A stretch of 64,000 nucleotides of DNA from a virus. The DNA lies in IMG/VR virus record IMGVR_UViG_3300020474_000993. One strand, 5' to 3'. Position 1 is the stretch's first letter, and every line of letters begins with the position of its first letter. Of the stretch, positions 29,337-37,910 are shown one piece after another. The notes under the pieces are model-generated. The model was not told the origin of the DNA, searched no databases, and worked only from the letters and a program-made list of their open reading frames with translations. Position numbers and translations under genes: made by a program.

Positions 29337-29809
29337 TAAAATTTACAGAACTATTAGAAAAAAATGTACCGACCAATCCAAAGTTATGGTCTAAGTTTAA
29401 ATCACAGGCGAAATCAAAGTTTGATGTCTATCCCTCAGCATACGCGAATGGGTGGGCTGCCAAACAATATAAGAAAGCTGGTGGTGGATGGAAGACTGTA
29501 TCAGAAGAACTATCAGAGGAGACTGGCGAACAAATCACCATCATTAGTGAAGAGGGTGAAAAGAAGAAAGTCAAACTGGGTAAAGTTCAGAGAGGCGGTA
29601 GTAAGAAATTTTATGTACATGTCAAAAACGATAAAGGTAATGTTGTCAAGGTATCGTTTGGTGACCCAAATATGGAAATAAAACGAGATGACCCAGAACG
29701 CAGAAAGTCATTTCGTGCAAGGCACAATTGCGACAATCCAGGCCCTCGCTGGAAGGCAAGATACTGGAGTTGTAAGCAATGGAGGGCCGGTTCCAAAGTA
29801 GAGGATTAG
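29333..29809 (+). CDS. Basic two-module conserved phage protein
   Basis: KFDVYPSAYANGW..K.YK..GGGW; KVSFGD...RRKSFRARHNC...ARYWSC. Confidence 0.7.
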   Translation: MIKFTELLEKNVPTNPKLWSKFKSQAKSKFDVYPSAYANGWAAKQYKKAGGGWKTVSEELSEETGEQITIISEEGEKKKVKLGKVQRGGSKKFYVHVKNDKGNVVKVSFGDPNMEIKRDDPERRKSFRARHNCDNPGPRWKARYWSCKQWRAGSKVED

Positions 29810-29810
29810 T

Positions 29811-30050
29811 ATGATTGAGTGGTTAAAAAAGATATTCTACGAGGAGTGGGAAATAACAATTTTCTATCCTGCTGAAACTAGAGTATTAGCAGATGGAACC
29901 AGAGTCGAAAGTCTAAAACCAAAAACATATAGGGCAAAAGCTCTAAAAAAGATATCTGAGAAACATTTTAAGTTTATTGATACTGAAGGTGTACTACATG
30001 AAATAAAAGTAGTCAACCCAGTTGGATACGATATTAAAAAGGTGTATTAA
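29811..30050 (+). CDS. Hypothetical protein
   Basis: 79-aa ORF, tightly packed. Confidence 0.6.
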   Translation: MIEWLKKIFYEEWEITIFYPAETRVLADGTRVESLKPKTYRAKALKKISEKHFKFIDTEGVLHEIKVVNPVGYDIKKVY

Positions 30051-30253
30051 TGGAAGGACAAAGTATTAGTTCAGTTCCACCTGTATCCAGTATTGCTTCT
30101 TCATGGAGTGATAGACAGGTTGTTACAAGAGTATATTCTGGTGATAATGGACAAGTTAAAGTTCAACAGGATATATACAATATAACTGTATATGACGCGA
30201 TGGGTAACAAACAAACTGTGACAACTTCACACAGTATTGATTACCTAGTTTAA
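30050..30253 (+). CDS. Hypothetical protein
   Basis: TAATG coupling with the upstream ORF. Confidence 0.55.
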   Translation: MEGQSISSVPPVSSIASSWSDRQVVTRVYSGDNGQVKVQQDIYNITVYDAMGNKQTVTTSHSIDYLV

Positions 30254-30291
30254 TTATGTTCCTGTGATTGGTATCCCTAGCACTTGAACTT

Positions 30292-30299
30292 TATAAATA
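30292..30299 (+). promoter_or_regulatory. T4-type late promoter
   Basis: TATAAATA. Confidence 0.7.
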
Positions 30300-30333
30300 A
30301 TACCTATAAACGAATTTATATTGGAGATACCAA

Positions 30334-32451
30334 ATGTCCAGCAACTTAGACAGAATAATTAGAGAAGTCCTCACAGAAGGACAAAGTACTCTATTAGAAG
30401 CGGATATGTCAAGGAGACTTGATATGTTAGTGAGACAGGGATTAATGCCTGCATCACAATTACCTATTTTAAAACGCGGTTTAGAGAAATTCAACCAAGG
30501 TAAAGTGCCTGCTCCGAATGAAAGAAACGCGGTCAACACACTATTAAACGGTATGATGTTCATCGTATTGGGTGACGATACTGTATTCAATAGAGCAAGA
30601 ACCTCTGTACAACAGAAAAAATATCAAACAGAAGACTTAGAGGAATGTAAATCCGAAGAAGATTTCAAACCTCATATGATGTATGACCCTAAGACAGGCA
30701 AAGGCGTAAAAGCAGAAACTTACGAAGACCATGTAAAATTAGATAAAAAGGGATATACTCACGAGAAACCAGATGTTACTGAAGAATATGAGATAGTATC
30801 TGAAGCATATAAAACTGGTCACAAGTCTTATACCGATGCAGTTAATCACGCAATGGATCATCACAAAAAAGGTGGATTAGAATCTTCAGCAGATGACAGG
30901 GCACAACATATAGGTCTGGATTCCAAAAAGCCAGGCGAGGGTAAAACTACTCGCGTGAATCTTCCTGCTAAAGATAAAAATGGCAAGAAACATATGGTTC
31001 ATATGCAAGTCTATAACAAGGGTGGTTCACATCCATATGAGTTAAACACATACTCAAGTACAACAAAAGCATTGCAAAAAGAAGAACAACAGTTAGATGA
31101 GTATGGTGCAATGAGAAACGATAATCCATCTGCAAATACTGGTGGAATGAGAATTTCAAATAAAGACGCAGCTGCTGCCAAAGAAAGAGCAAAGAAAAAG
31201 AGTGCAGAGAAACGCGACAAGTTATCAAACATTATCAAAAAGAATACCATCCAGAAGGGCCCCATGAAAGGTTACATGACGGATGAAACTAATCAAGAGG
31301 AACAACAAATGAAAATAGATTGGTCTAAAAATCCTTTCGCTCAAGCAAAAGCAATGGAGGAAGGTGCATTTAAACGAATGGCCACCGATGCTGAAGAAAA
31401 TAGATTAGCCGCAGAAAGGAAGGCCAAGAAATTATCTGCTAAGAAAAGTAAAGAAGAAAAAGATACAGACCCCGGCATAGAGGAATCTGAATATTCAAGA
31501 CCCAAAGAGAAATCTGAGGACGAAACCAAAAAGATAAAGGCAAAGATGAAGGCGAAAGCAGAAGAAAAGCCTAACTATCAATCAGAAGGTGTCGCTAAGA
31601 ATACTCTTGATATCTATCAGGCACATGCTGATGCGAAGGGTAAGAAAACCCTCAAGTCTATTAGTAAACAAATGAATAAGGCGGTTACTAAAGCCAACGC
31701 AAAACTAAAGGAAGACTTAGAAGGTTTACCAGAGTTGGATGACATGGACTTAGAGATGCAAGAGAACTATCAGTCACCTACTAAGAACAACTATTCTGAT
31801 AAAGAACTTAGACAGGCCAAAGGTATCGCATTTGATAAGAGATACAAAGGTGGTAACATGACAGGTGCTGCTAAGGCAATGGAAAAAATCAAGAAAGGTT
31901 TATCCGACCATCCTGTTGCCTCTAAAGCATTACGAAAGGCAAATGAAGAACATTTAAAAGCCGAATATATTGACATGTTTGATGTAGAAAATTTCTCAGA
32001 TATCTTTGAAATGGATTATAAAGAAAAATTTCAATCCATGTTAAAAAAGACAGGTAAGAAATTATCAGATATGTCCGATGAAGATAAGAAGAAATTCTTC
32101 AATAAAGTAGATGGCGCTCATACAGCAGTAAATGAAAACAAAGCATTCAGAGATGCTGCTAGGGACTACGCGAAAGATGATAAAAGAGGTCTTGCACCGA
32201 CTAAGAAGGATGCACCTAAAGTATCAGACGCGAAGAACGCTAAAGAAATCGAACATATCGTACCTCAAATGAGGAAAGCAATATCAGTAGGTAAAAAGGT
32301 GCAATTTAAAGATGGGAAACATCACACAGTTTCTAAAGCACATGCCGCTAAATTCTTGAATAAATATATGAGTGGCAAACCTCAAGATAAAGAAAAGATG
32401 CAATCGCATGCCCACGCAAGTCATAAGAACTTCATGGATCATGCAAAATAG
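30334..32451 (+). CDS. Large charged late protein, probable processed internal head protein
   Basis: K/E-rich modular 705-aa ORF with many [LIV]xE junctions; late promoter. Confidence 0.6.
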   Translation: MSSNLDRIIREVLTEGQSTLLEADMSRRLDMLVRQGLMPASQLPILKRGLEKFNQGKVPAPNERNAVNTLLNGMMFIVLGDDTVFNRARTSVQQKKYQTEDLEECKSEEDFKPHMMYDPKTGKGVKAETYEDHVKLDKKGYTHEKPDVTEEYEIVSEAYKTGHKSYTDAVNHAMDHHKKGGLESSADDRAQHIGLDSKKPGEGKTTRVNLPAKDKNGKKHMVHMQVYNKGGSHPYELNTYSSTTKALQKEEQQLDEYGAMRNDNPSANTGGMRISNKDAAAAKERAKKKSAEKRDKLSNIIKKNTIQKGPMKGYMTDETNQEEQQMKIDWSKNPFAQAKAMEEGAFKRMATDAEENRLAAERKAKKLSAKKSKEEKDTDPGIEESEYSRPKEKSEDETKKIKAKMKAKAEEKPNYQSEGVAKNTLDIYQAHADAKGKKTLKSISKQMNKAVTKANAKLKEDLEGLPELDDMDLEMQENYQSPTKNNYSDKELRQAKGIAFDKRYKGGNMTGAAKAMEKIKKGLSDHPVASKALRKANEEHLKAEYIDMFDVENFSDIFEMDYKEKFQSMLKKTGKKLSDMSDEDKKKFFNKVDGAHTAVNENKAFRDAARDYAKDDKRGLAPTKKDAPKVSDAKNAKEIEHIVPQMRKAISVGKKVQFKDGKHHTVSKAHAAKFLNKYMSGKPQDKEKMQSHAHASHKNFMDHAK

Positions 32452-32484
32452 TTTTAATAACCAAAAACACATAGGAGAGAAAAA

Positions 32485-33075
32485 ATGAGTGGATGGGGAG
32501 CAACTGATTCAGACGAATCAAAACCAAAGTGGTTAACAGCAGACCAGAAAGAAGATGTCATTGCTAACTCTAGTGGTTGGGTTGTAAAGGCTGGGTCAAC
32601 TATGACAGGAAATGGCAGAACTGGTGCCACTCCAGAAGTTCTAGTTGCACTTGGTTCACTTGCAACTTCACTAGGACAAGCAACTATTGATGCTGTAGAT
32701 TGGGAGTCAACAACATTTGATGTCTCAGCTGGTGGTCAGATTATAGTTAATGTTCACTACAATGAGGAAATCACAGTCGCTGGTGCTTCACCTCTAATGT
32801 ATGTAGAGAACGGTCAAGAAGGTGGCGGTTCAGCATCTAGTGTTACATTAACAATGGATGGAAGTTTACCGTTTACTGGTGACAAACTTACATTCAGTAA
32901 TACAATTGGTGCCGGTGGTTCAACGATTTCTGCTGGTGATGTTTTAACATTCGCAGCTCAATCGATTAACCTCAACGGTTCTACAATGGTAGACAAAATC
33001 GGTGGTGGAAATGCGGAGAGAGCAATCTCAGCTGCACAATCAACCGCTGGTGGAACAATTACCGCAGTAGCATAA
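32485..33075 (+). CDS. Probable virion structural protein
   Basis: MSGWGATDSDESKPKWL...GWV...EVLVAL; G/T/A-rich beta composition. Confidence 0.6.
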   Translation: MSGWGATDSDESKPKWLTADQKEDVIANSSGWVVKAGSTMTGNGRTGATPEVLVALGSLATSLGQATIDAVDWESTTFDVSAGGQIIVNVHYNEEITVAGASPLMYVENGQEGGGSASSVTLTMDGSLPFTGDKLTFSNTIGAGGSTISAGDVLTFAAQSINLNGSTMVDKIGGGNAERAISAAQSTAGGTITAVA

Positions 33076-33086
33076 GGAGCTGAAAC

Positions 33087-33137
33087 ATGTGTAAATGTTG
33101 CAAGTGTTGTACATGTACATGTCCAGAGTGTAACTAA
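33087..33137 (+). CDS. 16-aa Cys-rich micropeptide MCKCCKCCTCTCPECN
   Basis: AAGGAG RBS 7 nt upstream; stop TAA overlaps the next ATG (TAATG). Confidence 0.6.
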   Translation: MCKCCKCCTCTCPECN

Positions 33138-33583
33138 TGGCTGATAGTAAACTTTCAGAATTAACGGCTGCTACATCTGTAGCAGCCGCTGATACCTTTT
33201 ATCTAGTACAAAGTTCTACTAGTAAAGGTGTGACAGCTGCGAATCTATTCGCTGATGTGGCGACACCTGTATCTTTTTCGGATAAGGTATCAATCGCAGA
33301 CGCGGATACAGTAACAGGGCCAGGCGCAGTCTCAGTCACAACGAATGTGACCAGACTGACAAACCCAAGCACAGGTGGTACACTAACCATTGCTGCTGGG
33401 ACAGAAGGTCAATTGAAAATTATTGTCATGGATGGTAATTCTAGTGCAGTGACGCTGACACTGGATGATTCGGACTTAGGTCACGATACCATAACATTCA
33501 ATAATAAAGGCGATACGGCAACCCTCATATATACTAATAGTAAATGGTGGTTGATAGGGGGAACTGCCACAGTCGCTAACTAA
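33137..33583 (+). CDS. Probable virion/fibre protein
   Basis: MADSKLSELTAAT start; T/A/G-rich; GTEGQLKII...GDTATLIY...WWLIG. Confidence 0.6.
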   Translation: MADSKLSELTAATSVAAADTFYLVQSSTSKGVTAANLFADVATPVSFSDKVSIADADTVTGPGAVSVTTNVTRLTNPSTGGTLTIAAGTEGQLKIIVMDGNSSAVTLTLDDSDLGHDTITFNNKGDTATLIYTNSKWWLIGGTATVAN

Positions 33584-33603
33584 TAATATTAAAAGATTTA
33601 TGA

Positions 33604-33981
33604 ATGATTGAATTGAATGACGATAATTACCTAGTTTATGCATTAAAGAATTACAATAGTCCAGAATGTTCTGGTATGGATGATTTTGAAGAAGATGTAA
33701 AGCGGTTTAAATATTTAAAAAGACTGTTTCGTAGATATGAAAGAACAGATACTTTAAATGATAGACTAATTCTAAATCATCTAATTGTATTATATAATGT
33801 ATTTGATAAGGCGGCCACGCCTTTATTGTTTTTTAAAATAGATAGAGAACATTGGTCTATATTAAAAACATTTTTGGTATTCTTAAACAGAATGCCTATG
33901 GAACAAATAGTCACTGGTGGTGTTAGAGGAGATGATATTCAACTCGACATGAAAGTGATAAACATATTAAGGAAAATTTAG
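33604..33981 (+). CDS. Conserved T4-like hypothetical protein
   Basis: YALKNYNSP...FEEDVKRFKYLKRL...RLILNHLIVLYNVF. Confidence 0.75.
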   Translation: MIELNDDNYLVYALKNYNSPECSGMDDFEEDVKRFKYLKRLFRRYERTDTLNDRLILNHLIVLYNVFDKAATPLLFFKIDREHWSILKTFLVFLNRMPMEQIVTGGVRGDDIQLDMKVINILRKI

Positions 33982-34523
33982 TGTCCAGAATAGTAGACAG
34001 TCTTATTGCATATCGAATACTTAGGATGTTCTCGCAACCTATTAAGAAACATCCAGCGTATTTGATGGGGATTGTTGATGCAGACGGTAACAAATTAAAA
34101 GAACCATCTGGTTCTCAAGAGTTGGATGCCTACACATTACTGGACAAACTCGCTTTTAAAATAAAACGAGCTTTAATGAAGTCTCCAGATAGAACTGCCA
34201 AGAGACTTCTCACATTTGCTGCCGCTATTGCAATTCTACGAGAGAACAAAGATGTAGAAGAAATGCAAGATGGTGAGTTTGAGGCGCTGATTGATTTATA
34301 TTCACAAGATGACATTGTAATAAAAGAATCAAAAATGTTAGAAATGGGAAGGACACCTTTCTCCTATTTCGCTTTAAACGAAGAGATTGCAAATGTAGCT
34401 GGCCCGATGGGTGGTGGTGCAATTGCTGGGATAGGAACTGGCGCTCAAGGCGAGCCTGGCAGGAACCCTAACTTAATGCCTCTTCAACGAAGGAAGAAGA
34501 AGAGGCGAGTAAATGGCAAATAG
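33981..34523 (+). CDS. Conserved T4-like hypothetical protein
   Basis: D.LIAYRIL...AY.MGIVDADGNKLK; GTG start. Confidence 0.7.
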   Translation: MSRIVDSLIAYRILRMFSQPIKKHPAYLMGIVDADGNKLKEPSGSQELDAYTLLDKLAFKIKRALMKSPDRTAKRLLTFAAAIAILRENKDVEEMQDGEFEALIDLYSQDDIVIKESKMLEMGRTPFSYFALNEEIANVAGPMGGGAIAGIGTGAQGEPGRNPNLMPLQRRKKKRRVNGK

Positions 34524-34959
34524 TATCGAAACCAAGGTAGCAGTATTAGAACAAGACCTCAGACAAATGGGTGGATTGTTTGATAGGCTTGATATATCCA
34601 TAGAAAAAATCACAGAACTAAATATTAGTATAAAGGAAGTTTTGGCGGTGCATGAACAAAGGATAACTGCCACGGAGGTAGACATAGAGAGAACATACGA
34701 TACATTTGAGGAAAAGTACGAACAATTACACTCTCGTATATCAACAGTAAACCGAGAGATATCTAAAGAACTCAAAGACAATACTGCTTCCGTACAGGAT
34801 GCATTGAAGGATATTACTGCTTTAATATCAGAACACGCGAGTCAGCATGACGATAGAATAAGGGCACTTGAGAAGAGACAATGGATGATGATGGGTGCTG
34901 CTGCTGTTTTGGGCTTTCTAATAGGCAATACCGAGTTTTTCCAACTCATTTTTTCTTAA
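34513..34959 (+). CDS. Coiled-coil protein with a C-terminal TM helix
   Basis: VAVLEQ...LAVHEQRI...RIRALEKRQWMMMGAAAVLGF. Confidence 0.7.
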   Translation: MANSIETKVAVLEQDLRQMGGLFDRLDISIEKITELNISIKEVLAVHEQRITATEVDIERTYDTFEEKYEQLHSRISTVNREISKELKDNTASVQDALKDITALISEHASQHDDRIRALEKRQWMMMGAAAVLGFLIGNTEFFQLIFS

Positions 34960-34976
34960 AATAATTAAAAAAAGAC

Positions 34977-35005
34977 TTGACATTTGGCCTAGTCTGGCGT
35001 ATAAT
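34977..35005 (+). promoter_or_regulatory. Sigma70 consensus promoter for primase
   Basis: TTGACA, 17 bp, TATAAT. Confidence 0.8.
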
Positions 35006-35015
35006 GTACCATATT

Positions 35016-36059
35016 ATGATTTATGTAGATGTGAAATATATAAACTTGATATCTCATCACTTTGAGAAATTCAAGAAAAAGAATGATTATCTTTGGAATG
35101 TAAGATGCCCGTTCTGTGGCGATTCACGCAAAAATCTCAACAAAATGCGTGGATATTTTTTCCGCAAAGAAAACAATATGATATACAAGTGTCATAACTG
35201 TGGTTTTGGCGCAAGTATTAATACTGTGCTCAAGGAACTTGCTCCCACAACGCACAAGGAATATTGTCTTGAAAAATTCGGTTCAAATGAGAACAAGAAT
35301 TGGGAACCCACAGGTGCAAACTGGACACCAAATGGCCATAAATTGTTTGATGACAAACCAGTAGAACCACCAAAATTCACACCAAAATTTAGTTTATTTG
35401 ATAAACTTGTGGACAGATTGGATACCCTTCCATATGACCACGAGGCAGTTCAATATGTGCAAAGTAGAAATATCCCAAATGATAAATGGGATCGACTTTA
35501 CTATATTGATAATATAAAGAATATAGTACAACTCAACGACAAGTATCAAAAATCGATAGTAACCGAAGAACCCAGATTGGTCATCCCCTTCTTTGACCAA
35601 GATGGACAGTTGATGTCGGTGTCGCTGAGGGCTATGAGAGGGGAAACACTGAGGTACATTCTCGTAAAAATTAAAGAGGATGCGCCTACAGTATTTGGTT
35701 TAGATAAAGTTAATATGTCTAAACCTATATCGGTTGTTGAAGGCCCGCTAGACAGTCTGTTTCTTGAAAACAGTATTGCCTGTTCGGGAACATCCTTCAA
35801 CAAAATTGATGAATTGGGTATTGACCGTGATAAAATTACAATCATATTCGACAATCAACCAAGAAACAAAGATGTTGTAAAATTGGTTGAAAAGTATGTT
35901 GACATGGATTATAATGTTGTCATATGGCCAGACCCATTGACTCAAAAAGATATAAATGATATGGTGAACGATGGTATTGATGTACGCGATATAATTAGTT
36001 GTAATACACACAGTGGACTCACTGCCAAGTTTTTGTTAAACCAATGGAAAAAATGTTAG
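35016..36059 (+). CDS. gp61: DNA primase (gp61)
   Basis: RCPFCGDS, YKCHNCG, RLVIPF, VEGPLDSLF, FDNQPRN, KDINDM. Confidence 0.95.
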   Translation: MIYVDVKYINLISHHFEKFKKKNDYLWNVRCPFCGDSRKNLNKMRGYFFRKENNMIYKCHNCGFGASINTVLKELAPTTHKEYCLEKFGSNENKNWEPTGANWTPNGHKLFDDKPVEPPKFTPKFSLFDKLVDRLDTLPYDHEAVQYVQSRNIPNDKWDRLYYIDNIKNIVQLNDKYQKSIVTEEPRLVIPFFDQDGQLMSVSLRAMRGETLRYILVKIKEDAPTVFGLDKVNMSKPISVVEGPLDSLFLENSIACSGTSFNKIDELGIDRDKITIIFDNQPRNKDVVKLVEKYVDMDYNVVIWPDPLTQKDINDMVNDGIDVRDIISCNTHSGLTAKFLLNQWKKC

Positions 36060-36064
36060 GAGCA

Positions 36065-36415
36065 ATGATGGAAAACCAAGTAATAAATCTAGTTGATGGG
36101 TCTATATTTCTGGGTGTTCTTGTAGTTCTTGCGCTTATCTCTGGCATTTTTGTTAGACAATCTAAACAAGCAGAAGACAAGGTTAAAACTTTTAAAGATA
36201 AGTTAGCTGAACAGTCTGCAAAGGTTGATAAGAGTGTACACGGTGTTAGTGTATCTGCTTTCAAACTAGAAGAGTTAGAAAAGTTAACAAAAGTTAAGTT
36301 AGATGAGTTTGGTGAAGCTAAAGGTATTAAGCTTGACCGTAGGAAGACTAAAAAGAACATGATTGAAGATTTACTTAATTCAATTGATGGTAGTAATCAC
36401 AAACTAGGAAAATAA
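36065..36415 (+). CDS. Membrane-anchored hypothetical protein
   Basis: TM helix; C-terminal LEKLTKVKL...GIKLDRRKTKKNMIE (Rho-N-like). Confidence 0.6.
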   Translation: MMENQVINLVDGSIFLGVLVVLALISGIFVRQSKQAEDKVKTFKDKLAEQSAKVDKSVHGVSVSAFKLEELEKLTKVKLDEFGEAKGIKLDRRKTKKNMIEDLLNSIDGSNHKLGK

Positions 36416-36418
36416 TAT

Positions 36419-37090
36419 ATGTTATCGAATGTGAGTTTGGTTGGGGTGACCCAACCTTCTGCTGCTACTGGATGTCGAACCGCAAATGAATTAATCGCAT
36501 ATGCGGCTAGAGTCAGTAACCCAGAAAATCAAGCGAACACCAAAACCGCACCAAAGTTATTGGCTTATCTTATTAAGCACGAACATTGGTCACCCTTTGA
36601 AATAGTATCCTTGACAATGGAAATTAAAACAACAAGAGATATCGGTAGACAAATACTGAGACATCGTAGTTTTGCTTTTCAAGAGTTTAGTCAGAGATAC
36701 GCAGTGTCAGAGGATTTTGAAACCAGAGATACAAGAATACAAGACGAAAAAAATCGACAGAATTCTATTGAGACAGATGATAATCATCTCAAAGAACAAT
36801 GGAGTATGAAACAGGCGAAAGTAATACATGAAGCTAAAAAGTCCTATAAATGGGCGCTTGATAATGGTATTGCGAAAGAACAGGCTAGAGCAGTTCTACC
36901 AGAAGGTAATACTCTTACCACCATATACATGGCTGGTACATTGAGGTCTTGGATTCATTATTGTGGTCTTAGAGGTGGGCATGGTACACAGTTAGAACAC
37001 ACACAGATAGCTAATTTATGTTGGAGTGTCATTGAAACCCATTTCCCAGATGTAGTAAAGGCAGTGAACGATGCGAGACAAAGCGACTAG
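36419..37090 (+). CDS. thyX: Flavin-dependent thymidylate synthase
   Basis: HWSPFE, QILRHRSFAFQEFSQRY, EQARAVLP, GTLRSWIHY. Confidence 0.96.
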   Translation: MLSNVSLVGVTQPSAATGCRTANELIAYAARVSNPENQANTKTAPKLLAYLIKHEHWSPFEIVSLTMEIKTTRDIGRQILRHRSFAFQEFSQRYAVSEDFETRDTRIQDEKNRQNSIETDDNHLKEQWSMKQAKVIHEAKKSYKWALDNGIAKEQARAVLPEGNTLTTIYMAGTLRSWIHYCGLRGGHGTQLEHTQIANLCWSVIETHFPDVVKAVNDARQSD

Positions 37091-37910
37091 TAGATATAAA
37101 GCATTCGAGCGTATATTTTTTGGTAAAACAGAAGATGAAGATAAACATGTAGAATCGGTGAACGGTAGAATTCCATATGCTTTTGGTTGGAATAGAAAAC
37201 TAAATGAACCTAGTAGACAGAAGTTTAGTTCTACTGATAGTGAAGATGCTTGGGAGTCTAATTTAAAAAACCAGAAAGACCTTTTGGAAAAGTATGGTTG
37301 GTTGGACACGGAAGTTTATTATGATTTAAACTCTCATGGTTATCGTGATGAAGAGTTTAAGGAGTCGCCAAACTCTATTGTTGCTGCTGGTGAGTGTTTC
37401 ACATACGCGACAGGATTACCAATAGAGATGTCATGGCCATATCTTTTAGGGAAAGAACTTGACACTAAGATATGGAACTTGGCATTATGTACTACAGGAC
37501 TTGATGTTACTTTCAGAAGTCTGCTGAGTTGGTTGCCTGTAATAAAACCCAAGATGGTTCTATTATTGGAGAACAGTCAATTGGGTAGGGAAGTGTGGTA
37601 CATAGATGAAGAGAAGGATGAGTGGAATACACAAATTGGATTTTGGTCTGACTATGACTGGCAAAAAGAATTGGTAGAATCTAAGACAGAGAGATTTATA
37701 TCAAGACAAAAGAATTTACTTGCCATAAAACAGTTGTGTCAAATACACGATATAGAGTTGAAAATCGTATCTGCAAGAGAAAGGAATGAGATAGGGTTAT
37801 CAAATTGGAACGAACATAAAGAAGAAAGATATGCATTGTCTAGGGATTTAATGCACCCAGGCCTTGCATTTCATGAAGCTATAGCGGAACGCTGGAAAAA
37901 GGAACTATAA
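37071..37910 (+). CDS. SGNH/GDSL-like hypothetical protein
   Basis: NSHGYR..EF; AGECFTY..G...SWP.LL; WNLA; C-terminal DLMHPG. Confidence 0.55.
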   Translation: MRDKATSRYKAFERIFFGKTEDEDKHVESVNGRIPYAFGWNRKLNEPSRQKFSSTDSEDAWESNLKNQKDLLEKYGWLDTEVYYDLNSHGYRDEEFKESPNSIVAAGECFTYATGLPIEMSWPYLLGKELDTKIWNLALCTTGLDVTFRSLLSWLPVIKPKMVLLLENSQLGREVWYIDEEKDEWNTQIGFWSDYDWQKELVESKTERFISRQKNLLAIKQLCQIHDIELKIVSARERNEIGLSNWNEHKEERYALSRDLMHPGLAFHEAIAERWKKEL

